From contig JAQGDQ010001118.1 of the NCBI GenBank assembly GCA_030141605.1, positions 1 through 22,724 on the forward strand: a stretch of 22,724 nt of DNA, in the 5' to 3' direction. The first letter of the stretch is position 1; each line of letters opens with the position of its first letter. This document shows, in pieces, positions 10,429-20,389 of this stretch. The translations under genes were made by a program, and so were the position numbers. The notes under the pieces are model-generated. The model did no database searches. It had not been told where the DNA came from and was given only the letters and a program-made list of their open reading frames with translations. Origin of the DNA: Tubiluchus corallicola (Eukaryota; Animalia; Priapulida).

Positions 10429-10510
10429 GTATTATTATTAGTATTATTATTGTATCATTATTATTATTATTATTATAATTATTATTATTATTAATATTAT
10501 TATTATTATT
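10142..10510 (+). mobile_element. tRNA-derived SINE with probable Meta-type core and (TTA)n tail
   Basis: A box tagtctagtgg (10154-10164), B box gagttcgaacc (10196-10206), core ccgggtcatatcaaatactttaaaaatggtacctgctg, aataaa then ~115 nt (tta)n. Confidence 0.8.
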
Positions 10511-10548
10511 GTGAGCCGTGGTTCAATTTTGATCATGTTTGGTTTTAG

Positions 10549-10686
10549 AAATGGTACGATGAAGACAAGCCACCGGTTTTCTGGCTGTCTGGCTTCTTTT
10601 TCACTCAAGCATTTTTGACTGGAGCCATGCAGAACTACGCTCGTAAATACACCATCGCCATCGACAAACTTGGCTTCAATTTCAAG
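10549..10686 (+). CDS. DNAH12: Dynein heavy chain exon E: [46 protein letters not shown]
   Basis: ggttttag| acceptor, AAG|gtacag donor, 138 nt phase 0; [19 protein letters not shown] motif. Confidence 0.94.
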
Positions 10687-10707
10687 GTACAGTAGAACTT
10701 AGTGATG

Positions 10708-10859
10708 CAGGGATGAGAATTTTCCCCGGATATGCGGAATTCCGAGTTTTTGGAAGACCAGTAGTGCCATTTTTGTAAATCGCGTAAATTCGTTGAGAAA
10801 ATTTTCACGGACCCAGTACATTATTTCACAAACTGACCGCTAGTTGGCAGGCCGTCACT
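10708..10859 (+). mobile_element. Left end of hAT-like MITE, truncated by the 63-nt array
   Basis: Starts cagggatgagaat, the exact reverse complement of the right TIR attctcatccctg at 20097-20109; body matches the other two copies. Confidence 0.85.
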
Positions 10860-12249
10860 GTGAATGTGTTCTTGAGGCTTGGTCACTTTAATGACAAATA
10901 CTCGACACCCCGGGCCATAATTGTGAATGTGTTCTTGAGGCTTGGTCACTTTAGCGACAAATACTCGACACCTCGCGCCGTAATTGTGAATGTGTTCTTG
11001 AGGCTTGGTCACTTTAGCGACAAATACTCGACACCTCGCGCCGTAATTGTGAATGTGTTCTTGAGGCTTGGTCACTTTAACGGCAAATACTCGACACCCC
11101 GGGCCATAATTGTGAATGTGTTCTTGAGGCTTGGTCACTTTAGCGACAAATACTCGACACCCCGGGCCATAATTGTGAATGTGTTCTTGAGGCTTGGTCA
11201 CTTTGACAACAAATACTCGACACCCCGGGCCGTAATTGTGATTGTGTTCTTGAGGCTTGGTCACTTTAATGACAAATACTCGACACCCCGGGCCATAATT
11301 GTGAATGTGTTCTTGAGACTTGGTCACTTTAATGACAAATACTCGACACCCCGGGCCATAATTGTGAATGTGTTCTTGAGGCTTGGTCACTTTGACAACA
11401 AATACTCGACACCCCGGGCCATAATTGTGAATGTGTTCTTGAGACTTGGTCACTTTAATGACAAATACTCGACACCCCGGGCCATAATTGTGAATGTGTT
11501 CTTGAGGCTTGGTCACTTTGACAACAAATACTCGACACACCGGGCCGTAATTGTGATTGTGTTCTTGAGGCTTGGTCACTTTAATGACAAATACTCGACA
11601 CCCCGGGCCATAATTGTGAATGTGTTCTTGAGGCTTGGTCACTTTAATGACAAATACTCGACACCCCGGGCCATAATTGTGAATGTGTTCTTGAGGCTTG
11701 GTCACTTTGACAACAAATACTAGACACCCCGGGCCGTAATTGTGAATGTGTTCTTGAGGCTTGGTCACTTTAATGACAAATACTCGACACCCCGGGCCGT
11801 AATTGTGATTGTGTTCTTGAGGCTTGGTCACTTTAAAGACAAATACTCAACACCCCGGGCCGTAATTGTGAATGTGTTCTTGAGGCTTGATCACTTTAAT
11901 GACAAATACTCGACACCCCGGGCCATAATTGTGAATGTGTTCTTGAGGCTTGGTCACTTTAATGACAAATACTCTACACCCCGGGCCGTAAGTGTGAATG
12001 TGTTCTTGAGGCTTGGTCATTTTAGCAACAAATACTCGACACCCCGGGCCGTAATTGTGAATGTGTTCTTGAGGCTTGGTCACTTTAACGAGAAATACGC
12101 GCACCCCGGGCCGTAATTGTGAATGTGTTCTTGAGGCTTGATCACTTTAATGACAAATACTCGACACCCCGGGCCGTAATTGTGAATGTGTTCTTGAGGC
12201 TTGGTCACTTTAACGACAAATACTCGACACCCCGGGCCGTAATTGTGAA
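10860..12249. repeat. 63-nt minisatellite, 22 copies
   Basis: Unit gtgaatgtgttcttgaggcttggtcactttaatgacaaatactcgacaccccgggccataatt; one unit is 62 nt. Confidence 0.97.
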
Positions 12250-12297
12250 ACTTTTTGACTGATTCTTTGCATCGACTTGACGATTAAATTTTCTTAG

Positions 12298-12389
12298 GTT
12301 ATACCAAAGGACACTTGCCGGGTGCCTCCAGAAGATGGCGTTTATATCAACGGGCTGTTTATAGACGGAGCGCGTTGGAACAGAGCCAG
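12298..12389 (+). CDS. DNAH12: Dynein heavy chain exon F: VIPKDTCRVPPEDGVYINGLFIDGARWNRA(S)
   Basis: ttttcttag| acceptor, AG|gtacgt donor, 92 nt ending in phase 2; PEDGVY..GLF.DGARW motif. Confidence 0.94.
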
Positions 12390-13185
12390 GTACGTTTCCT
12401 AGCAACAGTTAATTGTGGCTGAGAAATGTCTGTAATTATTATTCAGTGATTAGGTCACTGGACCATTCGGTCATTTTATGTATGATAAACCTTGTATGGG
12501 ATTGAAGTCGGTTGATTTATTTTTTTTTAGTTTATTATTATCACATTCAGTACAATATAATGACATTAAGCACACAGTGACATCAAAATTGTTACTTCAT
12601 ACTGTATTAAATTATTATGTTTCATACACTATCGTTATCATAAAAGAATAATTGTACTGCAGTGGGCTAGAGAAGCAAAGGCTTGTACAAGCCCACTGTC
12701 ATGTGAACCCGATAAAAAAAGAATGGATGAGTGAACAAAAAGAACTGGGAGAAAGGTTAGATCACACAGGAAGGGTAGAAGGATGTGTTAGTGGAAATGG
12801 TAGGAAGAAAGATAATAGATTGCGCTATGTTGACATCAGCTTTAAAGATTTATCAATGATGCCTTGTTTTGCATAATCTGTACCAGGATGGTGGTATGAC
12901 TGCTGCAGTAGGTGTGGGAAATTAGGAAGTGTTGTACTTGTTGAGAATCATTGCTCTGTATTTCCTTTTAAATTTTTGAATTGGCTGAACAGTTTTTAAT
13001 TCATCATTTATGTCATTCCAACCAAAATATTACACCGCATAGGTCCATTTCAGAATGACTATGCCAAATTATCATCAACTGCTGTTAGTATAAAATATAC
13101 TATTGTAATTAGAACTTTTCATAAGTGTCTTGTACTCCTCAGAACAGGAAAAATAATCATTACACTAATCTTTCCATTTATTATA

Positions 13186-13645
13186 CAATCATTTGCAAAA
13201 GTTTAAGACCAAAGTGATTCTTTCATGAAAATTGACAAAACCATCGTTTAACACGGTTCCATCTAAAAACTATTCATTTTTCCTTCTAGAAAAATCTACT
13301 ACAGCATAGTTTGTATGTTTTTATCCACAAATAGTCACAGTTCTTGAACATTTTAGTACTTTGTATGGCCGCCGAAGTTGTCAATCACTGCCTTCATTCT
13401 AAGAGGCATACTGGAAATTAGGTTTTGGCAGTACTCGGAAGTAATTTCTTTAAGCCAAACGTCCTTGATAACTCTTCGCAAGTCTTCCGCACTTGATGGC
13501 TGCCTGTCTGACCACTAGCAGTATGATGTAATCAACAAAGAATCTGATGCAATCAGGGTACAGTATGATGTAATCAACAAAGAATCTGATGCAATCAGGG
13601 TATGATGAAAACTCGAGCTTGGTCTTAAACTTTTGCAAATGACTG
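13186..13645 (-). mobile_element. Tc1/mariner deletion derivative (460 nt)
   Basis: TA|caatcatttgcaaaagtttaagaccaa ... ttggtcttaaacttttgcaaatgactg|TA: 27-nt TIRs with 1 mismatch, TA target duplication. Confidence 0.9.
13353..13514 (-). pseudogene. Tc1 transposase C-terminal fragment
   Basis: WSDRQPSSAEDLRRVIKDVWLKEITSEYCQNLISSMPLRMKAVIDNFGGHTKY*; SMP.R..AVI...GG.TKY is the Tc1 C-terminal motif. Confidence 0.88.
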
Positions 13646-14379
13646 TATTATCATGCTAATCATTAGCTTTAAATATTTGCAAAATTTTAGTCATAAACTG
13701 TCATAATTATCTTCTTAAACATCCCCATATTGCTCTCTGAGTGACCTCTATGAGCCGCAGCTTCCTTGGTCTCCCTAAAACATTCATAATCTAATGTTAT
13801 TGTTTATGTTAACAAGTTGACAATATACACACTATTGGTAATATCTATTTTATGTACCATCATCCGAAATCCATTGAAACTGTTACTGTGTTAATTCAAA
13901 TAAATTGAAATTCAAATTATTACTAAAAGTGGCTTCTGTTGTTGATCAGTAATTTCTTGAAGTCCGTCAAGCACGTGATTTGCCCTCCTTGTTTACGAAC
14001 TACATCTTGGGCTGTAGCAAGCAGGCGATTATTAAATTAGTGTGTACGATCGCGCAAGTGTACACCAGACTAAGCTACTCGATAGGCTAAGTTAGAGGGC
14101 CTGAAAAGGGCGTATTTTTCTTCATTTTATCCAATTAAATCACTTATAAACGTTGAAACAAATAGCATGATTGAATGGCAGAGATTCTCCTGAATAGTGC
14201 ATTACGTAATTTGTAATCATTTAGCTATGTCTGTGCTCATACCGAAGCAGAAAAGTCGTATCGATCTATTTTGAATGGTGCGATACTGAACAAGTTAATA
14301 TTCTTACTAATCGCATGTTGTGTTTTGTTTCTCTCGGAAGGCTCGTAGAGAAAACCAGAAAACACGCCGTCAAATTAAA

Positions 14380-14664
14380 CTAGTTTATTAAGCGAGAATT
14401 CTGCAACACAAAAGTATGAAGGAACACGAAATGTTTACAGTAAACGTGAAAATCTGGAAAACGTTTGAGTGTATCTGAAAATACAAGTATACAAGAGAAT
14501 GTGTAAGTGGCGTCTGTGTGAATCTGTGTGTCCCTGTCAGCGGCCTGCTTCGCCTTATATAGGGTGCCCGAGGCGCTTCTAGAAGTTTTGTTCCAGAACA
14601 TTCTACACGGTAAGACGATTATTCTAATGGAACATTCTACAATGTTCTATTTAATTCTAATAGA
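14380..14664 (-). mobile_element. Non-autonomous Helitron-like element carrying HSEs and a TATA box
   Basis: Minus strand A|TC at 14664 ... gcagaattctcgc imperfect palindrome, 8 nt, CTAG|T at 14380; no TSD. Confidence 0.55.
14555..14647 (-). promoter_or_regulatory. Heat-shock-promoter-like module (HSE arrays plus TATATAA)
   Basis: TTCtaGAA (14577-14584), TTCcaGAAcaTTC (14591-14603), GAAcaTTCtaCAAtgTTC (14630-14647); TATATAA on the minus strand at 14561-14555. Confidence 0.5.
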
Positions 14665-14726
14665 TGCCAGCGATCTCCACAACACTGCAGTACGATTATT
14701 TTGATTTTTCTTACCTTTGTTCATAG

Positions 14727-14855
14727 CGGACAGCTTGATGAGGCATTACCCAAGATCCTCTTCTACTCCATGCCGGTCATCTGGTTGATACCCGAGCTAA
14801 AAGAGAACCTGTCTGATGACGACGGACGATACAAATCGCCCGTCTACAAGACCAG
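14727..14855 (+). CDS. DNAH12: Dynein heavy chain exon G: GQLDEALPKILFYSMPVIWLIPELKENLSDDDGRYKSPVYKT(S)
   Basis: ctttgttcatag| acceptor, AG|gtaatg donor, 129 nt phase 2-2; PK.L...MP.IW..P and P.YKT motifs. Confidence 0.92.
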
Positions 14856-14920
14856 GTAATGTTCTAGAGTGGTTTTACGACATAACGTGTTTAATTTAGC
14901 CCCATTTAACATGACTTTAA

Positions 14921-15124
14921 CCCTTTGACTACGTAGTTGCTTTTTAACTAGAAGCAACCCCAATCCCACGGCTGTTAAACTTTTCTACAATGTCTTTACG
15001 TAGCAGTGAAATAAACAGACCTGGGTGACTGAGCTTAGTGCTGAGCTTGGGCAGCAGTCTACCGTCTTCCGCCCCTTGCATGAAAAACATAGGCAGTAGT
15101 GTGCCGCTTTCCGTAGTGAAAGGG
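14921..15124 (+). mobile_element. piggyBac-type MITE, 204 nt, complete
   Basis: ttaa|ccctttgactacg ... cgtagtgaaaggg|ttaa: TIRs with TTAA target duplication. Confidence 0.88.
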
Positions 15125-15269
15125 TTAATAAATATTTCGTTTGTTAATACATCATTAATTTATTGATCTAACAGAATTTCTGTTTTTTAAGCTTTGAGTT
15201 TTACGAATCATCCTGAATGAATTATTTACCAAACATTATACTTTGTTTTTTGTTATCAAGTGTCTGTGG

Positions 15270-15972
15270 CTTCGCAAGCAAGGAAAAGTATCATTAAATT
15301 CACAGCTCCCAATAACTGGAATAAAATAAGTGCCCAAGTAAAAATACACAAAACTATTTATTCTTGAAAATGACAATTTTTGATTCATGCTGATAATACA
15401 ATTTTAATGGTTCCATGTCTCATGCAGTCGCAATATATGGCCTCCAATCAATTATAATGCTATTTTAATATACCTCTATGTAAATTAAACATACACTGTG
15501 GTCGTTTCTTCTCCTCTTTTCCTTCTTCCTATCCCTAATCTTACTATTTTTTCCATTCCATCATGTCTACTAACCCTAACCATTCTTTCATTCACTCATC
15601 CTCCCCTCCCTTCCTTCTTCCTATCCCTAATCTTACTATTTTTTTCCATTCCATCATGTCTACTAACCCTAACCATTCTTTCATTCACTCATCCTCCCCT
15701 CCCTTCCTTCTTCCTATCCCTAATCTTACTATTTTTTCCATTCCATCATGTCTACTAACCCTAACCATTCTTTCATTCACTCATTTGTGCCACCCTAACA
15801 AGCCAAGCTTTCAAGGTGTCATACAGCAACTCTTTTATTTGGTTAATTTGACTTCATCAACGTTTTTTTACCTATACTGTTTCTTTTTGTTTCAATAATA
15901 TTGTATGTTGATGTATTTTATATGTATTGCTGGAGTGAAATAAATTGATTCATTGATTGATTGATTGATTGA
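15270..15972 (+). mobile_element. Degenerate 5'-truncated LINE (CR1/L2/Crack-like) 3' end
   Basis: From 15281 RKSIIKFTAPNNWNKISAQVK resembles an ORF2 C-terminus; ends aataaa plus (attg)n tail at ~15939-15972. Confidence 0.55.
15520..15784. repeat. 92-nt pyrimidine-rich tandem repeat, ~2.9 copies
   Basis: ccttcttcctatccc at 15521, 15613, 15706. Confidence 0.93.
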
Positions 15973-16242
15973 AGTCTGTTCTTCTGCCGGGAAGTTAAAA
16001 AATGACTCTTTTTCAATTGTTCCATGGTGTCTGTCGTGGTTTACATTGTGATTATTTTATCGTCATTTTATTTTCCCACTGTTTGTTTCTAAAAATTTAT
16101 TTATAAACAATGCTATCGCTATTGTTTGCTATCGCTATTGTTTGCTATTGCTATAAACACACTTATGCTATTGTTGTTATGTTTGTTTTTATGTCTTCTT
16201 TTTGTTATTGCTTTATTCTGATTAGTTTATTTGAGTAATTAA

Positions 16243-16704
16243 CCCTTTCAGTCTGAAAAAATTTTTTTTAATAAGGGAGAATTTTTTGGCTTGGTACTTT
16301 TGTTCAGTATGTCCATCTTGTTTACACATAATAATAATTTTTTTCTACCTGTGCCCGCGTGCTAAATATAGCCTGTATCCCACGGGATACATTGGGATTC
16401 AATGGAAGCATAAAATCTGCTTCATTTTGCAACTGCTGATAATTTTTTAAAGTATTTAAGACATTTAGTATGCACGCTATGCTGATCTGTACAAAGTCGT
16501 CTCTAAAGTACTGTACCTTGCGCAGTTTTTTATGCTATGTAGATTTTCTAGTTTGCCATTTCATCACCATTTTTAGTTTATTGTTATTGGATTAAATCAA
16601 AATAACTTATTAACAGATCGAATAACTGTCAGTTTTAAAATTTCATTAATTTTAATGGCACAAAATATTCTCGTATCCCACGGGATACAACGGGTATGAA
16701 AGGG
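16243..16704 (+). mobile_element. piggyBac-type MITE (same family as 9465-10084)
   Basis: ttaa|ccctttca ... tgaaaggg|ttaa; internal gtatcccacgggatac hairpin motifs. Confidence 0.85.
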
Positions 16705-17536
16705 TTAACAATAATTGCATCCTGTGTCATCAATTCTTTTTTCTGCTTTTACAATACTAAATTATAAGGGGTGAGTGACCAGATGACCTACGGTCTTTCC
16801 TCGCCCCATCTCCACGAGTAAAGTTATTTTTTCGTAAAATGGAAATTTGTGACACATTTGGAGAAAATAAATGTCTATGTCTATATATATATATATATAT
16901 ATATTGTACTGCAGGGCTGTGATGAGATGAAGTGTAATACTGGCAGGGGAATACAGCAGACTTCTCAGGTGTGCGTGTGAACGTGGCTTTATCTAGTACA
17001 TAGACTCTTATTCTGACCCTAGTGTTAGTAGAAGCCACTAGTCACGTGCACACCTGAGCTTGTAAAAAGGGAAGGTCTGCTGTAGATCATGGTCAGTGGT
17101 CGTGTCTTTCATCGCAGCTCTGTTCACATTTCACAGGCTTTGCCGCAAACTCCGTTCTTCTAGATAAGCTGTTTGTAATATTTTGTAATAAATTGTCATT
17201 TTGACTCTATTATGCAGGTTCTGTTTTGGTTTGGCATTGAGCGACTTAATTGAGACATGCCGCACGGTGTGGACCGCAGTGCTATCCGTCCCGCCTCCGT
17301 TAAAATCGGACAGCAGTCCAATATATATATATATGTTTAATATGGCACACAGACCACTGATTCATAATTCAAGATGCCCTTTTAGCACGAAATAATTGGA
17401 AACTTTAGCAACTTTAAATAAAAGCAATTAAAATAAAAATGCAAAATCTTTAACAACATAAATCACGATGAATTATGAGTGATTTTTTTTGTTAATTGTT
17501 GCAAAAACTCTCTGTACAAAAAGCACAGCACCATAA

Positions 17537-17953
17537 CCGCTTCACTACGGAAGTGGCACCCTGCTACCAATGTTTTTCTTGTAACGGGTGGAATTTGGCA
17601 GACCGCCGCCCGAGCTCAGCAGTAAGCCCAGTTACCCTGGTCTGTTTATTTCACTGCTACGGCCATGCAAGAACATCGTAGAAAAATTTAACAGCTGTGG
17701 GATTGGGGTTGCTTTGCAATGAGTAACGTAACCAGCCAATCAGCTTCTAGAGCCAGGTGCATTCCACAATACTGTATTGTGTGCGCGGATATGTGCACGT
17801 GTATAAATAAAACTAATGTTGAATATTAGTGTTTAATAACTGCATGTTTATGTATTTACAAGATTCTGTTTTAGTAAGACACCACAAGAAGTTATTGTTA
17901 AATGTGCAAAAGCCAATGTGGCCCTGTTAAAAAGCAACTACATAGTGAAAGGG
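17537..17953 (-). mobile_element. Inverted, diverged copy of the 14921-15124 piggyBac-type MITE with ~210 nt extra internal sequence
   Basis: ggtctgtttatttcactgctac and gtgggattggggttgctt are reverse complements of motifs in 14921-15124; ends tagtgaaaggg|ttaa. Confidence 0.8.
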
Positions 17954-18088
17954 TTAAAGCTTCTCTTCTATGTTTGCATGTCAGTCGTTTCTGTTATTAG
18001 TTGCTTTGCAATAGATCAATTTGAAAAGTTGACCTGACTGCAGTCGAACGTATACCAGCACTTAAGACTACTTTTCTGTTGTTTTTAG

Positions 18089-18221
18089 TGCAAGGAGGGG
18101 AATCCTTTCAACAACTGGTCACTCCACGAATTATGTTCTCTCCATCGCGCTGGATACGGATAAGCCAGTGCAGCACTGGATCAAACGCGGAGTCGCTTTG
18201 CTTTGTCAGCTGGATGATTAA
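18089..18221 (+). CDS. DNAH12: Dynein heavy chain terminal coding exon: [43 protein letters not shown]
   Basis: gtttttag| acceptor, phase matches exon G, TAA at 18219-18221; LSTTGHSTN and [11 protein letters not shown] motifs. Confidence 0.95.
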
Positions 18222-18263
18222 CTTGCGAGTTCGCCACTAGGTGGCCCAAGACTAGTCTTGCAA

Positions 18264-18269
18264 AATAAA
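18264..18269 (+). terminator. Candidate polyadenylation signal
   Basis: First AATAAA, 43 nt after the stop codon; motif evidence only. Confidence 0.4.
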
Positions 18270-19069
18270 CGTCTTTTTAAATCATTTACAATATGTCAAT
18301 GGTGTTCATTTCACGAAACTAAACATGAACAACATCCCATTTGGCTTTTATCCTGGAAATGACTCCTTTTCAAATCACCGGAAACCTCCTTACAATTATT
18401 CTGTGTTTGTGTTTTGGCTGATGTCTTTTTGCAAGTTTATTTGTACGAAATTGTAGAAAAAATGTTTGGAATAACAACACCCTGTTTTCTCAGCATAAAT
18501 AATATAATCAACTCTTCACTTGTGCACTGCTGAAGTCTTTAATGTTATTAAATTTTCATTTTCATTAATTACAGTGTTAATCTTTCACACTTCATACTGC
18601 ATGTTCACTAACTAATTAAACTTATTATTATCAACTAATCATAAAAATATTTTTTGATTTTTGAGTGCATACAGAGGTTAGAGTGCACGCGGAAACCTTC
18701 CGAATTTCTAGCCGAGTTGTATCAGCCAAAACAATGTGCCAAATTGTTATTTTGAAAACCATAACTGCCCGATAAAATGTTTTTTTTTGGTGACAAAACT
18801 CGCCTTTTCTATTATTCCGTCCATTTTGTCTTTTTCACACTTGATTGTAATTGCTTTTCTCTACTGAAGTGATGTTTAAACGTGTTGATACGATAGTTAA
18901 AGCAACTCAAAGTTTGTAAACAAAAAGTGCCTCTTTGTTTGTTATTTATTCAGCAGCTTGAAGTTATACTGGAAGCAAAGGGTTAATCCAAGTCCGTCCA
19001 TTTTAATGCATTTGCATCAGTGAATTTATAACTTGCTTAGTGTCTAGCTTCTGCTGTGATAAATAGTCA

Positions 19070-19435
19070 ACTGTGATGAAACGTATTGCTCAACATTTAG
19101 TTCAATAAAATGTTAAAACTTATTGCTCCATATCTGATTGAATAAAATGAAACTTACATATGTTTAATATGTAGCTCAATAAAATGATGAAATTATTCTC
19201 TTAAATATTTGATTCAGTAAAATGTTGAAACTTATTGATCAACATCTGGTTCAATAAAACGTATTCTTCAAAATGTGATTCAGTAAAATGTTAAAAGTTA
19301 TTGCTCAATATCTGGTTCAATGAAACTTATTCTTCAAAATGTGATTCAGTAAAATGTTAAAAGTTATTGCTCAATATCTGGTTCAATAAAGTGACGAAAC
19401 TTAGTTTTCAATTTGTGATTCAATAAAATGATAAA
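19070..19435. repeat. Degenerate ~37-40 nt AT-rich tandem repeat
   Basis: Recurrent ttca(a/g)taaaatg...aaacttattgctcaa..atctg. Confidence 0.8.
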
Positions 19436-19648
19436 CTGCTGAACGATGTGTTTTACTTTTAATTTCATGTTTTAAATGATATGATATGATAATCATGATT
19501 TAATTTTTCATTATTTATATCACATGATTTGTTTATTTAATGATAATCATTTAGTGATGTACAAGATAGCTAACAGCATCACAAATGCACATTAGGCCTA
19601 ATTAACACGCAGGAGTCCTTACACTAGTCGCACACGATAACAAAATTG

Positions 19649-20109
19649 CAGGGATATGTGGATTTTCCGCGGATACGCAGAATTCCAAGTTTTTGGAAGA
19701 CCAGTAGTGCCATTTTTGTAAATCGCGTAAATTTGTTGAGAAAATTTTTACGGACCCAGTACATTATTTCACAAGCTGACCGCTAGGTGGCAGGCCGTCA
19801 CTTTGTTTACATCACGTACATCAGTGTAATCACTTGTATATCTCTATGTATAAAAATATAGAGTCAATTGTGCAGAGTTATTTGAGTCAATTGCAGACAG
19901 TTTTTATATACTTTTGCATAGGAGCAGCCAGTACTTAGGCGTTTTTGAGACAATTAGGTATCAGGTATCCTTGATAGTTGGGTATTTTAAATTATGCATG
20001 AAACAAGGTAATTGATATTTTAAGTCCATTTAGAGGTTCTCTATGGCCTACCCGGCCCCCAAACCCCCGACCTGTTTCAGTTTTTTGCAATTTTTCATTC
20101 TCATCCCTG
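19649..20109 (+). mobile_element. Complete hAT-like MITE (461 nt) with 6-nt target duplication
   Basis: aaattg|cagggat ... atccctg|aaattg; two further partial copies in the window. Confidence 0.88.
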
Positions 20110-20389
20110 AAATTGTCTGCAGCAAGGTTCTGGCGCATTCCACCTCAGACAGACTTTGCCTGCGCACAGAAATCTGTCAAATGTTGCCATGTAGATGACT
20201 TGGTGTGTTGTAACCTTCATATGACATAACACGTGTTCCATTAAAACTAAATCGCTTCCGGGAACGCTTCCATAGATTTGACTTTCTGGCAAAAGTTAGT
20301 GTGTAATGGCATTTGTATGAAATCATTCTGGCGTGACAGAAGCTTTTTGGTAGGATAATACGATCATTTCATTGATGTCACACTCTTAC

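Larger units (their letters stand above)
12520..13860 (-). mobile_element. Degenerate LINE (CR1/L2/Crack-like) 3' remnant interrupted by a Tc1 element
   Basis: Minus-strand 13020-12931 reads WNDINDELKTVQPIQKFKRKYRAMILNKY, typical of ORF2 C-termini; aataaa plus A-tail on the minus strand near 12520-12540; boundaries approximate. Confidence 0.55.

Noticed and set aside
10821-12116. Long ORFs (336, 287, 124 aa) on both strands
   Set aside because: Products of a 63-nt unit divisible by three lying inside an intron; no protein family resemblance
14031-14075. Second Helitron-like 3' end (gtgtac...gtacac hairpin next to ctaa on the minus strand)
   Set aside because: No matching 5' end or second copy could be identified
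18233-18247. CTCF-like motif gccactaggtggccc just after the stop codon
   Set aside because: Single imperfect short match; cannot be distinguished from chance
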